Assembly (NCBI GenBank): GCA_903813345.2
Contig: CAIIXF020000001.1
Span: forward strand, 20,708,001 to 20,772,000
From: Owenia fusiformis
Taxonomy: Eukaryota
Direction of reading: 5' to 3'
Length of the DNA: 64,000 bases
Position numbers and translations under genes: made by a program. This document shows, piece by piece, positions 38,003 through 52,808 of this stretch; the first letter of the stretch is position 1; the number at the start of each line of letters is the position of its first letter. The notes under the pieces are model-generated. The model was not told where the DNA came from. It saw nothing but the letters and a program-made list of their open reading frames with translations, and did not search any database.

Positions 38003-41000
38003 AACCAATCAAAGAGCCAATACCAATAAACAAACATACATACAGAGTAGACAAACAATATGATAATAATAGAATCATTGCACCAGATCTTGTCAATCAA
38101 AACAACACTTGAAATGAAGGGCACCATAACTCTTACATAAGTATAAATGTATTTCACATCACTGTAACTTCAAAGGCATCAAAGGAAGAACACTACAAGA
38201 TTTCAGTTCTACTGACAGTTCCTCTTATACTCATCACTCTGAGGTTAAATTGCCTCCCCAAATTTTTCCAGTAACTTGATGGAATGATGGCCCAGTGAAG
38301 GTATAATCTTACAAAAAAACATATCGGAATGTTCCCATTGTGCATATGGCACTGTCCATAATTTGATTATACAGAGATAAACCTCTTTACTCTACAGACA
38401 TTGAATTAATAGAATTCCCAGATATTGTTATTTGATTAGAATGTATTTACACTGAGGGTATTGTGAAAGATGGAATATTAAATATAGCCTTTGGGTATGA
38501 AACACTTTGAGCAAATGGTCTTTAATCGGCATTTTAGCGGAGGTTCAAAGTGACATTGTCGAATTTTGAGGTCTTTGGGTCAAACTTGGGACATTTAATA
38601 ACAAAATTATTTTTGAATAAGTTGAAATAATATTTTATGATATTATGATGTAACTTTTAGTGAAAGACTTCAATATCTTTAAATATATAAACTGGCCTCA
38701 TTTTGAACCATTTAACCTAGGAATCACACCGAGTACTCATATATAGATAAACGTCTAATTATTAATTACACACTGACTGGAATAAGTAATAAAAATCACA
38801 TCTCATTCATGTATTAGAAACCCTTTACAAGACACTGACTTTATCTATACTCTTTCATTGAAAGTAATTCTGGAATTCAGAAAATCACAAAATTACACTC
38901 CATTCCATACCCTTCATTTCTTCATTTCAGTCAAAAAGTAGAAGATCTCAATAGAATGATTTGTAATGGTCAGAGGTAGTAAGGCTAGATGAAGATGATA
39001 CAGGGTAAATATGAAGATGAGGTTCATCATAATCAGATATTTGACAGTCTGAAGGGTCACATTTCACACGTATAAGGTCAGACTTTAGCTGTACTTTAAT
39101 ATGTATTTTACACCTATAGGGTTATAAGGTGAGCCACCTGTGACGTCAATTATACAAGTACTTGTACATGTTGAAATGTTGTGATGATTGTACTCTGGGG
39201 TCAGATGCTGTGGGCAAGCAATCTTTGCTTTCTTATTACCTACTCCTGAAATGGTTTTCTTTCTACTTTTGGGATTTATTGATCTCGAAATATTTGTTAG
39301 AATTAGTTATAAACCACTCGGACCTCACTCAGCCTGCTATTGCTCAGTCATGGCACTTTCCATATATGTTTTTAATAAGTAAATGATATTAGTATGGATC
39401 TACAGTTCTCGCTGATTACAAGGTTGGTCACCAAATTGTCAAAAGAACTACATAGTCTGACAGTCTGAGTTAAATGAGAACAAACTGTGTATTACCCTGA
39501 TCTCCATTTATTAGCCACAATATTCTCTTACTACCATGAATGATTTTGTAGTTTAAGGAGATCTTCATAGTCTCAAGTATCAAGTGCCTCAAAAGGAGGT
39601 TTACAGTTATCGAGAATGAATAACTGTAAACCTACTTTTTGACCACTCTATATTCAGTAATATTTTATTTATTATTTAAAGGCCAGATCACGAAATGATT
39701 TAAAATTCAAAGAGTAAAGACATGTTAAATTCTTGCGAAGGGTAACCATGCATGTTAGGACTAGAAGGAGGAGATTTATCAATGATGTCCAGTTAGTTTG
39801 ACCAGCTGCTACACTCCAGCCATGTAGTTGTTCATGTTGTATGATACACACTAACATACCTATCAAACCCCACGCATTCATACCTGTACACACAATTCAC
39901 ATTCCACCATTAGTGTGTGTTCTTTCACCAGCTTTTGTCAGTTTTGAGGACATTCACTTTGTAAATTGAAAATGAATAATTTTGGTTGATTTTTTGAATA
40001 CAGATGTGCAAATGAGCATTCCATAAATAAGGGTCGAGTGTTGAGTATTCTAGAATTCCCATATCAATACATACATATAATATTTCAATTGATGTTTTGG
40101 TTGGAAGTACATTTCTTTACTTTTGTATTGTCTGTCGCATACAGGTGACTTATGATATCAATAAAAATACAACATGCAAGGCTTAGGCAGTCAGGGTCAC
40201 AAACTAACCAGCAGATCTAATCCTGGATTGTTGTTTCAGTTGAAAAAGAACCCTAAGGGAGTTATCTTTTAAATTAAAACCAGAATGGAAACAATTAGCA
40301 CTATTATGAGGGTGATTGGTTCAGTGGCCTTAATCCTGCATTATCTCTCTCCCCCCTTCCACCCCATGCAACTACTATACTATTAACTCTTCCAACAACA
40401 GAATGAATGGGAGAGATGGGGGCTTGTTGTGAGACTAACATGACCTCATAGTAAAATGCAGTACAATCTTTATCATTGGCTTCATCAAAATATTATGACT
40501 GGATATGGAACCATAATTCAAGTGAAATCATTGATCTCTGATCCTTGTACATTGAAATAAAGAGATATTTATTGTTGATATAAGTTGGTTAGGTTAGGTT
40601 GTCTTTATGAAAAGGCAGTCATATAAATCTTCATAACATTGTAGATGGTTTGGCCACAAGTAAATCAGGAGCTTGGGTGCCTAGCAAAGACATTTATGTA
40701 ATGTTGTAATCTTGTTATCTACTTCAGTTGTATTTTATGTTCTCATTTAGCCTATACCTTTATTGTGACGATGTCAGTTAGCAATATATAGAGTTAGTAA
40801 TACTGCAACGATATTAGGTTTGATGGGTTTTCCCAATCTTGAGAGGTCGAAAAATATCAGAATTTCCTCAAAAATGGCTAAAAGAAACATATTTATGGGT
40901 TAGGATCTACCATTTCTTTTCTTACACATTTCAAGTAGATTTCAAGCATATCAGAATTTTTGTCAAATGTCATGATTTAAGCGAAAGGAATGCTTTAGCT

Positions 41001-44000
41001 GCCATCTATTCAAGTTATCTACAGTCATATAAATTAATCATGATGAAAAGGTTAAATCAGAAATACATAACTTTCTTTTTTAAGTGGCATAAAATCAGAT
41101 AACTGAAGATACATCATCACTAACTTTGAAAGTAATTGAAGAGAATCTATTAAAATCTATTAAGATTGTCACCGGTGATACTTAAAGTATGTTTCTGGTA
41201 ATTTATGATATCAAAAACACCTTAAAATATCTTTGCACATCTTGAAGTGATTTGAGATTTTCTTATCTATAGGTTTGTACTTAGTAGATTTCTGTATTTT
41301 TATGACACTTTTAAGTATATCTTATATTGTCTGACTTTTATTTGTGAATAGGCTCTTATCAGTTAATAAGATATATTGTAAAAGTATTTGAACTTGAGTT
41401 ACCTACTTGAGATTTTACTTGTCTTTGTGAAAGTGGAGAAATCCAACAAATATGATAAATATAAAAGGTATAAATATAAATAAATAGGACAAGCAAGATT
41501 TCATCATTTAACTGACGTATTATTCCTTGTGAATGATCAATCGTGGTTTGATAAATAGCTTGCTTCAAATAGATGTATTTAAAATTGCTTTGTAACCATA
41601 ACCATATTATGTGCCAGAATATATGCTACCCTCTTAATTTAATGGATTGAAAAAGTCCACCAATTTTCAGATGTATTTTGGATAATCCCCAGGGAAATTT
41701 CAGTTTGTGCAGTGCACTTCCCGAATTAAACTTCCTGGACTCACTATTTCCAAAAATTTGAAATTGAGCAAAGCTGCCAAATTAAGTAGCATCAAAGGAT
41801 ATGAGAAGGGCACAATATTGAATTATTCTGGTGGTCTGAATAAATGTCTCTCTTTCTTAAAGATGGCGTTGCATTACTATTGTCCTATTTGAGAGAAAAT
41901 GATTTCCATATAGTTACCCAACTGAAACAAAGATGGCTTAAGACTCAGATCTTGCTTTTTACCAACATGGTAATGGATCGATATATCTTCGTAATGATGT
42001 AATTTGTAGAGGATCTAAAACAAATTGGGGAAGATATTTATCTCTGCATAAATGTCAGTTAGGATACATTACTTGTCACAAACTTGGAAAAATATTTTCC
42101 GATTTTTTTATCTGGACAACTCAGGCGACTTTCATGGCAATTTTATGTCTTTTTTTAACTTTTTCTCTCTTTTTATTACATGTTATGATGATAATTTACA
42201 TACTTTTTCTCACTTTGGTTTCATCCAAATAAATGAGAACTTCCTAACTTTGAATTCCAAGATGGATAATTCATGTTATTGCAAATTAAGTGATGTGATA
42301 TCTTTGACAGTTAGAATAACAAACTTCAAGACAATATAAGCATAAAGTGATTTATAGGGAAAAAACAATTATAGTATTCATAAGTCATATTACTAGCTAA
42401 AGCAGCTTTTTAACATTTCATACTGCTTCGAATCTTAACTCAGTTATTTATTGAAATGACTTGAACGAAGGACCTGACATTTTCAGAAGCATGTCTCATT
42501 GTCTTACGTTTGTTCATTGCTTGTTGAGATGACTAATATCTTGTTTTATTCTAAATTGTCAGACATTCCTCAAGTAATGGGGGTAATAATAGGTGATTAA
42601 ACGCCTCATTAACTAACATATTGTAGATGTTATTACTTCTGTCTGTATAGGGAAGATATCAATATTTCAAAAATGATTTAAGTGTTATGTTTCAACAGTT
42701 TAATGAGCCTGATGTTAGATGGAATTAGTAATAATATCGTTTTTCACATTTGGATTCATTTAGCTGTGAAATTAGGTTTTACGCTGGAAAAAGGAAGATC
42801 TAGATCTGACTATATTCTTTATATGATGAAAAAGAATATAAATGGTGAAATAACATAATAGGTTCCTCGGGGAAGGAAGTTTTGATTGTGAAAATGCTGT
42901 GCTATGCTGCAATAAGGATAGAATTAGTGATTACTGTAGAATAGGGCAGCATGTAATTAAAGAGTCTGTGGTTCAGGTCCCACGAAAGGAGGTTTAACCC
43001 TTTGATTAGCTTAATCTTACATGATTTATTTCTGTTTCTATTCGCATTATATGATTTAATTAGATGGATGATCAGGGTTCACCGGAATTTCAGAAAACAG
43101 AAAAAATGAAAGTAAACAACAAACAAGCATAATTACTAGGACTTTTAAAAACAAGTGATTTGGGTAAAAACAAGAGGAACATTGTCTGGTGCTAAAGAAA
43201 CCCCCCCCCCTCACCCATGATGCTCTCTCTGATATTCTTTGATAGTAAAAGACATACACCACACACTGAGCTCTAATTGCCCTTCCCCATGAATACCAAA
43301 GGTACATTTGATACAAACAAAATCCAGATTTTTCCATATATGGTCCCTATACTGGCTTTAGGCAAGATATATACTTTACATGAAACTCTATAGTTCAACC
43401 ATCATCAGATAGCGTCCCTGTATGTCACTTTAATGATGTATGTGACAGAAGAGATATGAAACTGAAAGAAAAGTCATTAAACTGTGATTATAGTTTTATT
43501 ATATCTTGAAGGGGTGTTATAACTGTTGTTTTCTGGTATTCTGATATGGGCTAGACTTTCACTCTCAGATTCCCCAGGGTTGGATTTAGAATTGGAAATG
43601 TCATGTATCATGTTTTGTTATCTTGGACTGAACCAGTTCATTTTTTTGAGTGTAGTGGTGCATAAGGTTGATCTTATCTTTTCTATCAATTCTATGTGTA
43701 TAACCACCCAATATACACAAATAGATAATGATACCAGATTTGATGCAAGACTATCAAATGAATGAATAGACTAGATGTAAGTAGAAATAATCTTGATTAC
43801 ATCATTAAATATTCAAAATTCAGTCAAAGGGATATCATATTTGAAATATTCATGTAAAATGACTTTCTAGAAATGTGTGGTTTCAAAAATTGGGCATTAA
43901 CTTGAAAATTTAATTTTCTTTGAAAATGTGACTTTTAGGTAGGAGAGATTCCCCATAGAGCCCATGTTATAAAATCACAAAAAGTGAAATGTCTTTTTTC

Positions 44001-45014
44001 AGTATGGCAGATGATATTTTCATTTGTATAGCTATATCAGATAAACAAGGGTAATATGAAAATTGTTCTCATAGAACTGCTGAATATTCAATTCTAATAT
44101 ATCTGCCATGTTATCTGACCTGAATTAGCCACCTGGTGGTGAAACTGATAACTACATACTGGCATCTGGGTTATTGGTACAAACAAACAGAAATATAGAG
44201 GCAAACCAGTATGCTCATAAAGAGCGCAATGCTCATCTTGGATTATCAAATTATACAACTCAAGGTTTTTAATCAATCTGGAAAGTGGAAAGCAATGCTT
44301 TACCAGCTAAGACAACACAGCAATAAAAGTAAATGACAGAGCGTGAAGAAATATTCATCATGCAATGCGAAGTAGAAAGAGAAAAGCAAAAGCAATTGCT
44401 CCTCCAAGTTACCAATTTTTGGGCCGATGTTGATTGATAGGACCATGACATGCGAGAAAATTATATCAGAACTTTCAATAGAAGCTGATTGTGAAGGGAT
44501 GCAGTCTGTCTATAGCTGGCATTTTCTTTCTATATCAAAATCAGTCTTAGTTCAGAAATCTAATTCTGGTTTTATTGAGAGTGTCATGTCCTGAGAAAAT
44601 GTTAAATTGTATTCTATGGTGAGTTTATGCTCCAAGTGGAATTGCGATCTGAGATAACATTCTGAATCCGTCCTCTAAATACAGCAATGTTTCTAAATGG
44701 CCTGTGAGTTGAGTCTATCTGAATCTATACAATGGGTGACAAATGGAAAACACTAATGAACATTTTGGCCCTGTGAATCGTCATTAAAGTGGCATTAAAT
44801 GAGGCAGGGTATCACTCTAAGGAGAGATATATAAGGAAGATACATACATCAACTGAGGCAGGGATAATTACAGGAAAAGAACTACAGAGCAGATGAGCTG
44901 ATTTAGCCCTTATGATGCGATTGTGGATTTGATGCAAAATGAATTATTAGATTTCAATAACTTGATTACAATAAAAATGATAAAGATAACTTTATTGTGA
45001 TTATTGACAAAGAG

Positions 45015-45225
45015 GGCCTTACAATTTAAGAATTTCCAATGGGACCTTTTATTATCTTACAATAAGGACTCTACACCAAGGACCCTACAGGAGGACCTTA
45101 CAGTATGGACCTTACATCAAGAAAGTTGTAAAGACCTTATAACAGGATTTTGCATTAGGGGCCCAATAATAAAGATCCTACATCAAGGTCCCTACAATTG
45201 GAAGTCCTGTTTAAGGAAATCCTAG
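45015..45225. repeat. Old degenerate short-period repeat (GGACCTTACA-like)
   Basis: About 10 variants of GGACC(T/C)TACA with irregular ~12-25 bp spacing. Confidence 0.6.
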
Positions 45226-46694
45226 GGAATTGACACAATCAAACAGTGATTGCAAACCATGTAGGAGACCATTCAACTTTAAATAACCTGGGAACAACAA
45301 TTGAAATTCAGTGGAGAACAAAATGATAATTAGATGTGGGAGGTTAAAGTAGTATTAACACTTGGTGAAACAACAGAATACTTGTTCTTAATACATCCTG
45401 GAGGAGATACCCATAGATGTAGAAATGTGTGAACAGAATATTGATAGGTCTCCCAATGCGATTTGCAAATAAGTTTTATTCTCAATATATAGATGAAACT
45501 CGTCAACTTCCATTGCATGATATCCGTTCATATCACCTTAATAGGACTATAAAAGGATCTCATATATGCAACAAGTATGGCCAACAAATAGAATCAGCAA
45601 GCCACGCATTATAAGTACACACAGGATACATGAACGATCTTAAATCAGCACAAAACGTGTTGTTCTATGACAGGATAATTTCCCTTTTAGAGATACTTCT
45701 GAACTATCCTGTCCATACAAGTTATTTCATTAAACGTTAACAGAAACCTGAATGCTTCGTGTATTGAAGGCCGGCCACGGAACTGATTTTTATGGTCATT
45801 GAAACTTACACGCAATGTCGGTTTGTTTCAGTAACGTAGTAATTTATTGTTAACAAGAATTATAGGCTTCATAAGCTTGATGCGTCTTTGAAGATCCGCA
45901 TTTTGATGGATTATATATAGAAAATAGTCAACTAAATAGCCTTAAGATTGAATTGACAGATTGAAAACCACTTCAACTGAGGACTTAGAATTAGAGCATC
46001 GCTGCAACATGGTTTAATCTGCTGTCTTACAACTATTGGATAAACCAACATTTTGAAGGTTATGTTTGAACGATGAAATCCTCAATAATTAGATTTAGGA
46101 AATGATTTATCATGGGATTGCATGAAATATGATGCGATTGTATGTCACCGTACTCTGTGGAGCTAATTATCATTTATGATATAGATTGATGTACGGAAAA
46201 ATAAAAAATCAATTGGAAGAAGAATCCAGTGGTGTTTCTGAAAAGGGATATTAAGATGTTTATGGACCTAATTGGTTTGCAATAACTCAATAAGATGATC
46301 TAATTATGTATAAATGATATAACTGATGCGCAAATCTTAAGAAATCAAATGAAGGAGAATATAATGGCGTCTAGATATTTGTAAGTCAAATAATAGGTTT
46401 GAAAAAATCTACAAAACAATTCTGGGCAATATTCTTAATGTGATTTTTATGTATCATATCTCAAGATGAACAATGCCAGAATAAGCAAATATGTTTCTCA
46501 AACAAAATATAGCCTTTTAGCATCGATAATTGACCATACTGATTCACTGCACACTTACTGACAGAATCAACCCCCAAAGCAAATTTATCTAATACTATAA
46601 ATGCAAATGGCACCCTGGGTACTTCCAACAAATAGAAACTTGTGCATGGGATACCTATAAACGGGAATAACAGTGGTATTAATCAACGATTAAA

Positions 46695-46887
46695 ATGCAG
46701 GATTATATTCAGCGGCTCAAGAGGAAGATGAGAAAGTGGTGTAAGGTCAATCTACTAGCGATCGTGTGCTGTCTTTTTGCCTTGTTCTGGTGTGGCCTGG
46801 CATGTGTCATGGTCATATGCTACCTTCAGTTTTTACCTGTCCAGAAAGTACAGAATGTTCATGTTGACCTCATCTCTACTCACACAG
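46695..46887 (+). CDS. First coding exon of an unidentified type II (signal-anchor) membrane protein
   Basis: AAAATG start context. Encodes MQDYIQRLKRKMRKWCKVN (basic), then LLAIVCCLFALFWCGLACVMVICYLQFL (hydrophobic helix), then PVQKVQNVHVDLISTHT. Strong donor CAG|GTAAGG after 64 codons + 1 nt (phase 1). Higher GC than the surroundings and a CpG-retaining upstream region. Confidence 0.7.
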
Positions 46888-46894
46888 GTAAGGA

Positions 46895-47126
46895 ATATAC
46901 AGGGTGATTATGGTAGAAATGTACAGGGTGGTTTACAAGTTATGTTAGAAATACAGGGTGATCAACATGATGGTCGATATGTACAGGGTGATCAACAAAT
47001 TATTGAAAAAATATTGAGGGTGGCAAAAAAAATTTGGTAAAAATATAAAAGATGATCAGCAAGTTATGGTAGAAATATACAGGGTGATCAACAAGTTACA
47101 GTAATAAATATACAGGGTGATCAATC
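46895..47126. repeat. Degenerate ~30-bp minisatellite at the start of the intron
   Basis: About 8 copies of AATATACAGGGTGATCAACAAGTTATGGTAGA. Confidence 0.9.
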
Positions 47127-47270
47127 ATTTATTTAATACTTATTTTGGTATAATTGACACAAGAATCACTCTATATTATACATTTTATAACTTAGTTCTG
47201 GAGAGGAAAATGTCTTGCTTAATGTTTTGGTTATGACATATTCAGTAAAGAACTGCCTGTTTTAAGGTAC

Positions 47271-47486
47271 CAGGCTGTAGCCAGGGGGGTTCGCAGGGTA
47301 CGGGCGAACCCCCCCCCCCCCCCCATCCCCGGTCAAAAATTCTTTCAAATTCATGCAGTTTTTCACCTTTTTGAGCACTTCTCAAGTGATTTTAGCCATA
47401 TTTTGGCCAAAATTGTCAAATGTGAACCCTCCCTGGAAATTTTTGAAAACTGAAACCCCCTTTGGCAAATCCTGGCTATGGGCCTG
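47271..47486. mobile_element. CAGGCCCGTAGCC-family MITE
   Basis: CAGGCTGTAGCCAGG ... CCTGGCTATGGGCCTG with GGTAC on both flanks. Homologous to 23791-23994. Confidence 0.88.
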
Positions 47487-48470
47487 GGTACCCATGATGA
47501 AAATGATAAAAGTACTAAATAATATTTATATTTTTGTCTATCATAAGATTGGTGATTCAGTCAAATATACAACATTAATTTCATAATTCAGCAAAAATCC
47601 CTCATATTTATATTTTATTATGTTTCCCATGTGCTATTATTCAGGATGATCATTTATTGAAAACAGAAGGTTAGCATGGATTATCAATGATAATTATAGA
47701 TCAAGTAGATTATAATGAATCAATATGTGATTATCATTAGCTATGTTTATGTCATGGATGTCATGTTCCTATCATTTATGGTAGAGTCATAATTACCTCA
47801 TTTCATTCTATTCATAAGAGTTATACTTTGACTAAAGATTTTTTATTCTTCATGTCATCCTTGATCCAAGGGTATTTCAATTCTTTCCAAAGCTGAGATA
47901 GAAGCAAAGTTGATCTAAAAGAATGTCTTCATGTACCGTAATCGCTGTATTAAGGGCCCACCCATAATGAGCACCCACCTCGCTTCACAGAGTTCCAAGA
48001 AATATCTAGGAATGACCATGTATTAACGAATATATCAGAAAAATAGTTCATTATTGATGAAGGAAATGTTCATGTTTCAGAGAAAAATTCCCATTCGTGA
48101 AATTCCCATGGAATGGGTTACAATGGGAATTTCAATTTCAAAAAACAATTCATTTTATAGTTACATTTAGACAGAGACATTCATGTATGCCTTTAAAGCA
48201 ATCAGGCAATCTTCAATTTGAAAAAAGCACCGACCATTTCAAAAAGTCAAATAGAAAACTCTGATGTATAATTTTTCAGTAAATGATTGTTGATTTCATA
48301 AATGTGCTACTAAATTCCATCATGATACTGTAATACGACATACATTGTAATATAAAACTAGAGAAAATAGGAGAATCGTTGCCTTACAAAATAAAGTACA
48401 GTAAAGAATGCAAAAGTTGGGTACTTTCTTCAGTAGAACACTATTATAAACATCCTGTTATCCCTAAACT

Positions 48471-48609
48471 CACTGGCGGATTTTGGGCCAAGAAAGGCCT
48501 TAAGGCCCCAAAAAATTTGGGCCCACTTTTGGGTTTTAGGGGCCCAAAACCTTTTTTCTCTGACCTGAAATTTGGCCCCCCCCCTTGTTGGTTCCCAGAT
48601 CCGCCCCTG
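48471..48609. mobile_element. Small CAGGGGCGGAT-type MITE
   Basis: CACTGGCGGAT ... ATCCGCCCCTG (9/11 IR), GGGCCC-rich interior, flanks AAACT / TAACT. Confidence 0.65.
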
Positions 48610-51219
48610 TAACTTAATCAAAATCTTTAAGTGGAACATCTCCCAAATGGAACACTATTGTGATGTATGAAAGACACTTTGATAGGTTTTACCATCACAC
48701 TGAAATGATGTCAGGCCTTTAAATTCTTAACCAAAGTATTATTACTCTTTGGAAGATGTTTTAACCACCTTACTCAAAGTGAAGGATAATTATTCCCTTG
48801 TGATATTTGATAACGTTCCTTGTAATATTATCAGAGTAATTTTTCATAAGCGGACATTCTTACATTCTCTCCAAGACATATATCATATATTGACACATTA
48901 GTTTATGAGGTTGCATGTTCAGCTGACAAACTACTGGAAGTCTGAAATTGTTCCAATGATTATAGATAAAGGACAGGGTCAGGCCGTCCAACTATGCCAC
49001 AATTTGTGTATTTCTCACACATTTGCTGAGAGTTTGTGAACTAGCATGTAGAGCGAAGCGAACCTGAAAAATTTCAGGTGTCCAAAGTTTGGAAATATGC
49101 AATAAATTTTGTGTTGAAAAAATTGTGCATTTCAAGAATACAATGCATAAGTATTTTATTTATACATTTATTTTGTCTTAATTCGATAATTTGAATTCAA
49201 CTCAGTTCAAACTTCAGATCTTTTTTTTCAGTAAGTCTTTACTTTGCATTCATATATGTTCTTAATGTGGTATCTTTTTAGTTCCTTTAAAAACTAAATC
49301 AATGTTGGTTTTGAAATTATTTTGTGTTTTGATCAGAGAAAAATTAAATGCAGTTTTGTTGAAAAGATCATTTTAGCTCCCAAAACTTTATAGGGCCTTA
49401 TACTTAAATATTATACTTACTTATAGTATACATGTGACATTTGAGAATATAAGCAGTAAGATGCGCAACATAATTATTGTGTAAAATGTTTTATTGAATT
49501 TGTCAATAGTCATTAGTATTGAGAGGATGTGTTGAGTGTAGAGTAATCTAATCTGTGGCGGTAGAGCTCGCAGTACCCTCAAAGTGGAAATGTAACTCAA
49601 TCTAATCTCATTGTCTATTAGCAAAATATAATATAAATGCCAGTGACTATTTACTAACATTTTCTATTCAATTTATTGCGTAAGTTTCTTTTATAGAAAT
49701 CATTAGAATCTGTTGGCGCCAGATGGGTTCGTGGCATACTGAGTAAAATCTAATTGGTTGTGTCATATTTCATGTACACAATTGTGAAGCTCAAAAGCTA
49801 GAGTAATATTCTGTACAAAGTCCGCTGTTTGAGATGAGGAGTCTTACGTTTCCAAGAGGTAATTGTCAAGTAATTGTCTTGGGAGACACTTACGCTTACG
49901 CATATGTAACTTGATAGTTCCTGTATAATAATACAATATTAGCAAAACTGGCAATTGTAGACAACTCTCTAGAGATTTTTTTTTTTACAAAAACACAAAC
50001 TTGTGCTGTAAGTTGTATATTACTAATGTGGTTTTGTCTTTCATTGATGGGCTTTTTGGTTCAAACCTTTTTTCTATGTGGGATGTTTTACGAATTATGT
50101 TTTGTTTCATCTGTAAGTTTTTCAATATCTTAATTGTGTTAAGTACATTGGTATACATAATTTACAAATATACATATATATTTTTAAAGGCTATTTATTA
50201 TAATTATATTGCAATTGTAATCATCAGACTGTTTGTTTGGTGGTATTTTTCCTGTCATAGTATATTGCATTCATCGTTGTCATAGCATTATATTGATACA
50301 ACTACTTGTAAAACATCTGCAGGTTTTATCTTATTCAAACCACTTATCTTACATTTTTCAGTATATTCATTAGCAGTTTATCAAGGGAAGTATTGTTAAA
50401 CCCTATGGCAGTTGGAACAAAAGTCCCTAGATTTAATGCACCATTGGTGACAATAGGTCCTCTTGATAGATCAATACGTATGTGGCTCTACATCATGTGG
50501 TGAAATTGACATTCTCATCAAAGATTGAGAAACTATCATTAAAAACCATATTTTGCTATCTTTAGTCCAAGAGTATCTCTCTTCTTTCCAAAGCTATAAG
50601 AGAGGTTTTGCACAATGGGTTATAGCTAAAACGTATCCTCAACAACACCTCGGTTTAATTGAACTATTACGCGTAAATCTGCTGAATGCTTTACAGATTT
50701 TATGGATTGGGCTAAAAAGTAATGCGAAACCTCTCTACTGTGCCAGCTAAACCTGATGTTGTTAGACAATCTTTTGTTATTCAAATCCTCAGTCCAGTAG
50801 ATTGAAACAGATTGGTAAAGTCATCTGGAGTCAAATGAAACACCAATATCAGCTTTGGTCCCAGTTTAATTTAAGAAGAGGTCACTTAAGAGAAATCAAT
50901 TTAGGCCCAAACTATTGCGTTTCGACTTTGTGAAAGAATCTTCATCTTGGTATACAATAAGATGTCATGTCATGTTTAAAACATCAGTTTGGGCTTTCAT
51001 TGTTGCTGTACTGTAGTCCAGTTTCTTTAGAGACAAGTATTGGTCAATGGGATGGCAAATCCCAAGACAACGGTAGTATTTATCTGAAATGTTTCTGAGA
51101 CAATAGGGCCTTGAAGAATAAATTTGAGGTCACAATGGATCTTGCTGTTTGATCCTCAATTTAAACTGTCTCATTTATCTGATTTTTTAATTATTTTGTC
51201 TATGTCTATTTTTCTACAG

Positions 51220-51237
51220 GTCTACTTAGTCATACAT
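51220..51237 (+). CDS. Candidate 18-nt microexon (phase 1-1, GLLSHT)
   Basis: Long T-rich tract plus TTTCTACAG acceptor and CAT|GTATGT donor. Frame-preserving and stop-free between the 46887 donor and the 52809 acceptor. Confidence 0.3.
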
Positions 51238-52640
51238 GTATGTACCTTATTATTAGATGTGAACTTCAGCATTTAGGATTTTATTTACATGATTAGTTTT
51301 TAATCTCATATTGGTTTCTGCTATGTTAGTTTGGGGAAAAGAGCTGTTCTTTGCAGTTAAATAAAAGAACATTGATTTATTAAAACAAAAAGGTTCAAAA
51401 AATATTGATGTACCAAATTGAAGATGATTTCTTGACATCTCTTTAGCATTTCTCAATCTTAATTTGGATAAATCATACCTCAGTTATGAAATACCATATC
51501 TTAACTTAATTTGATAAATTCTTAATTTGATAATCAAATCAAATCAAAGATCATCTTAGGTATCTTACAGCTATACATAAACTGCATGTATATGCCAAGA
51601 GTTTTAGCATGAATTATTTATGACAAACTAATGCTTTACTATTTCACTAGTATATTGATTATGCTGTATGTTTTTCTCCTATATTATTTATTGATGTACA
51701 GTGCATAGACACAGATTTAAAATGAAATGAACCGTTTTGGGGTCATTTCGTTCAGATTGAAGTGGGAAATAATTCCCAAATTGACACAATGAGGTGTTCC
51801 ACAAAATAGATTTATTCTTAACTGTCAGTTGAACCAGTCACTCTTTCATTTTCTAGCACTAAACTGACATGATTTTGTGAAGCGGTAATTTGATTTTACT
51901 CTCAGCACTGCTTCAAAAATTGGTCTTACTCTCAAAGCTTGGATAAATATCCACTTAAAGGATTAAGGGTTGGCGTCCCAGACAAGCCAATAAAGATGAT
52001 ACAGTTGTCAGGTGTTGGAATAAGAATAAAGTAGTCATCAATTAGCTTAGCTCTTTTGTCGTTCCTTACTTCATTTACAAATTAGGAAAGAACCCATCTT
52101 CCATGAAATAATAATGAGGAATAGTCTGACTGTAAAATGATAAGGAAACTAGGGTATTATTGAAATGTTAAGAGGAATAAAATGAATGCCAAAAAAAACA
52201 AAAATAGGATGCAATGATTCATACCTATTCTGTAAAATTATCTCTAGTAATATTAATATGTATCATAGTCGAACACTTCTAAATAAACACATCAAATCGA
52301 TGCAATTTGCTACTCGCCAGGTGTCTAATTGGCTAAGAGTTCTTTGCTACTTTACGTTTTACCATCCACGCAATTATTGAAGCTCTCTTGATTTATATTA
52401 CAACGCTTTGTTCGATGATTTAACCATTTTTTATTACTTTTACAATGAAACTTACGTCAACCGCTTCAGAATTTGTTGTAAAGTATCCTAGCAATGGTAT
52501 TATAAAGAATTAGAGAAATACAGAAAGTATGGATTCCATACTGCAGGCAGTTGTAATATGTCATCCCTCCCCAGCAGGATTGAAACCTTCGATGTATCTA
52601 TCAATAACAATGTCATCATTCCGGATGAAATGCCAATAAA

Positions 52641-52662
52641 ATGCATAATAATTATACGACAG
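52641..52662 (+). CDS. Candidate alternative first coding exon (MHNNYTT, phase 1)
   Basis: AAAATG context and CAG|GTATCG donor, 146 nt upstream of the 52809 acceptor and in frame with it. Upstream 52.27-52.47 kb retains CpGs. Confidence 0.25.
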
Positions 52663-52808
52663 GTATCGACCACGTCTACAAACAATTTTATAAAGTACTT
52701 TAACTGCCTTAAGTAGACAATGGAAGTCAAATTTACATATTTTTATCATGTATGATAAAAACTTAATGATTCATTGTTGCTTATATTATCTTTCTTCTGT
52801 ATTTGCAG

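Noticed and set aside
40586-40601. TTAGG telomere-like repeats
   Set aside because: Only 2-3 copies, within chance expectation.
47934-48450. TACCGTA-starting Tc1/pogo-like MITE
   Set aside because: The left end looks plausible but no convincing matching right TIR could be found.
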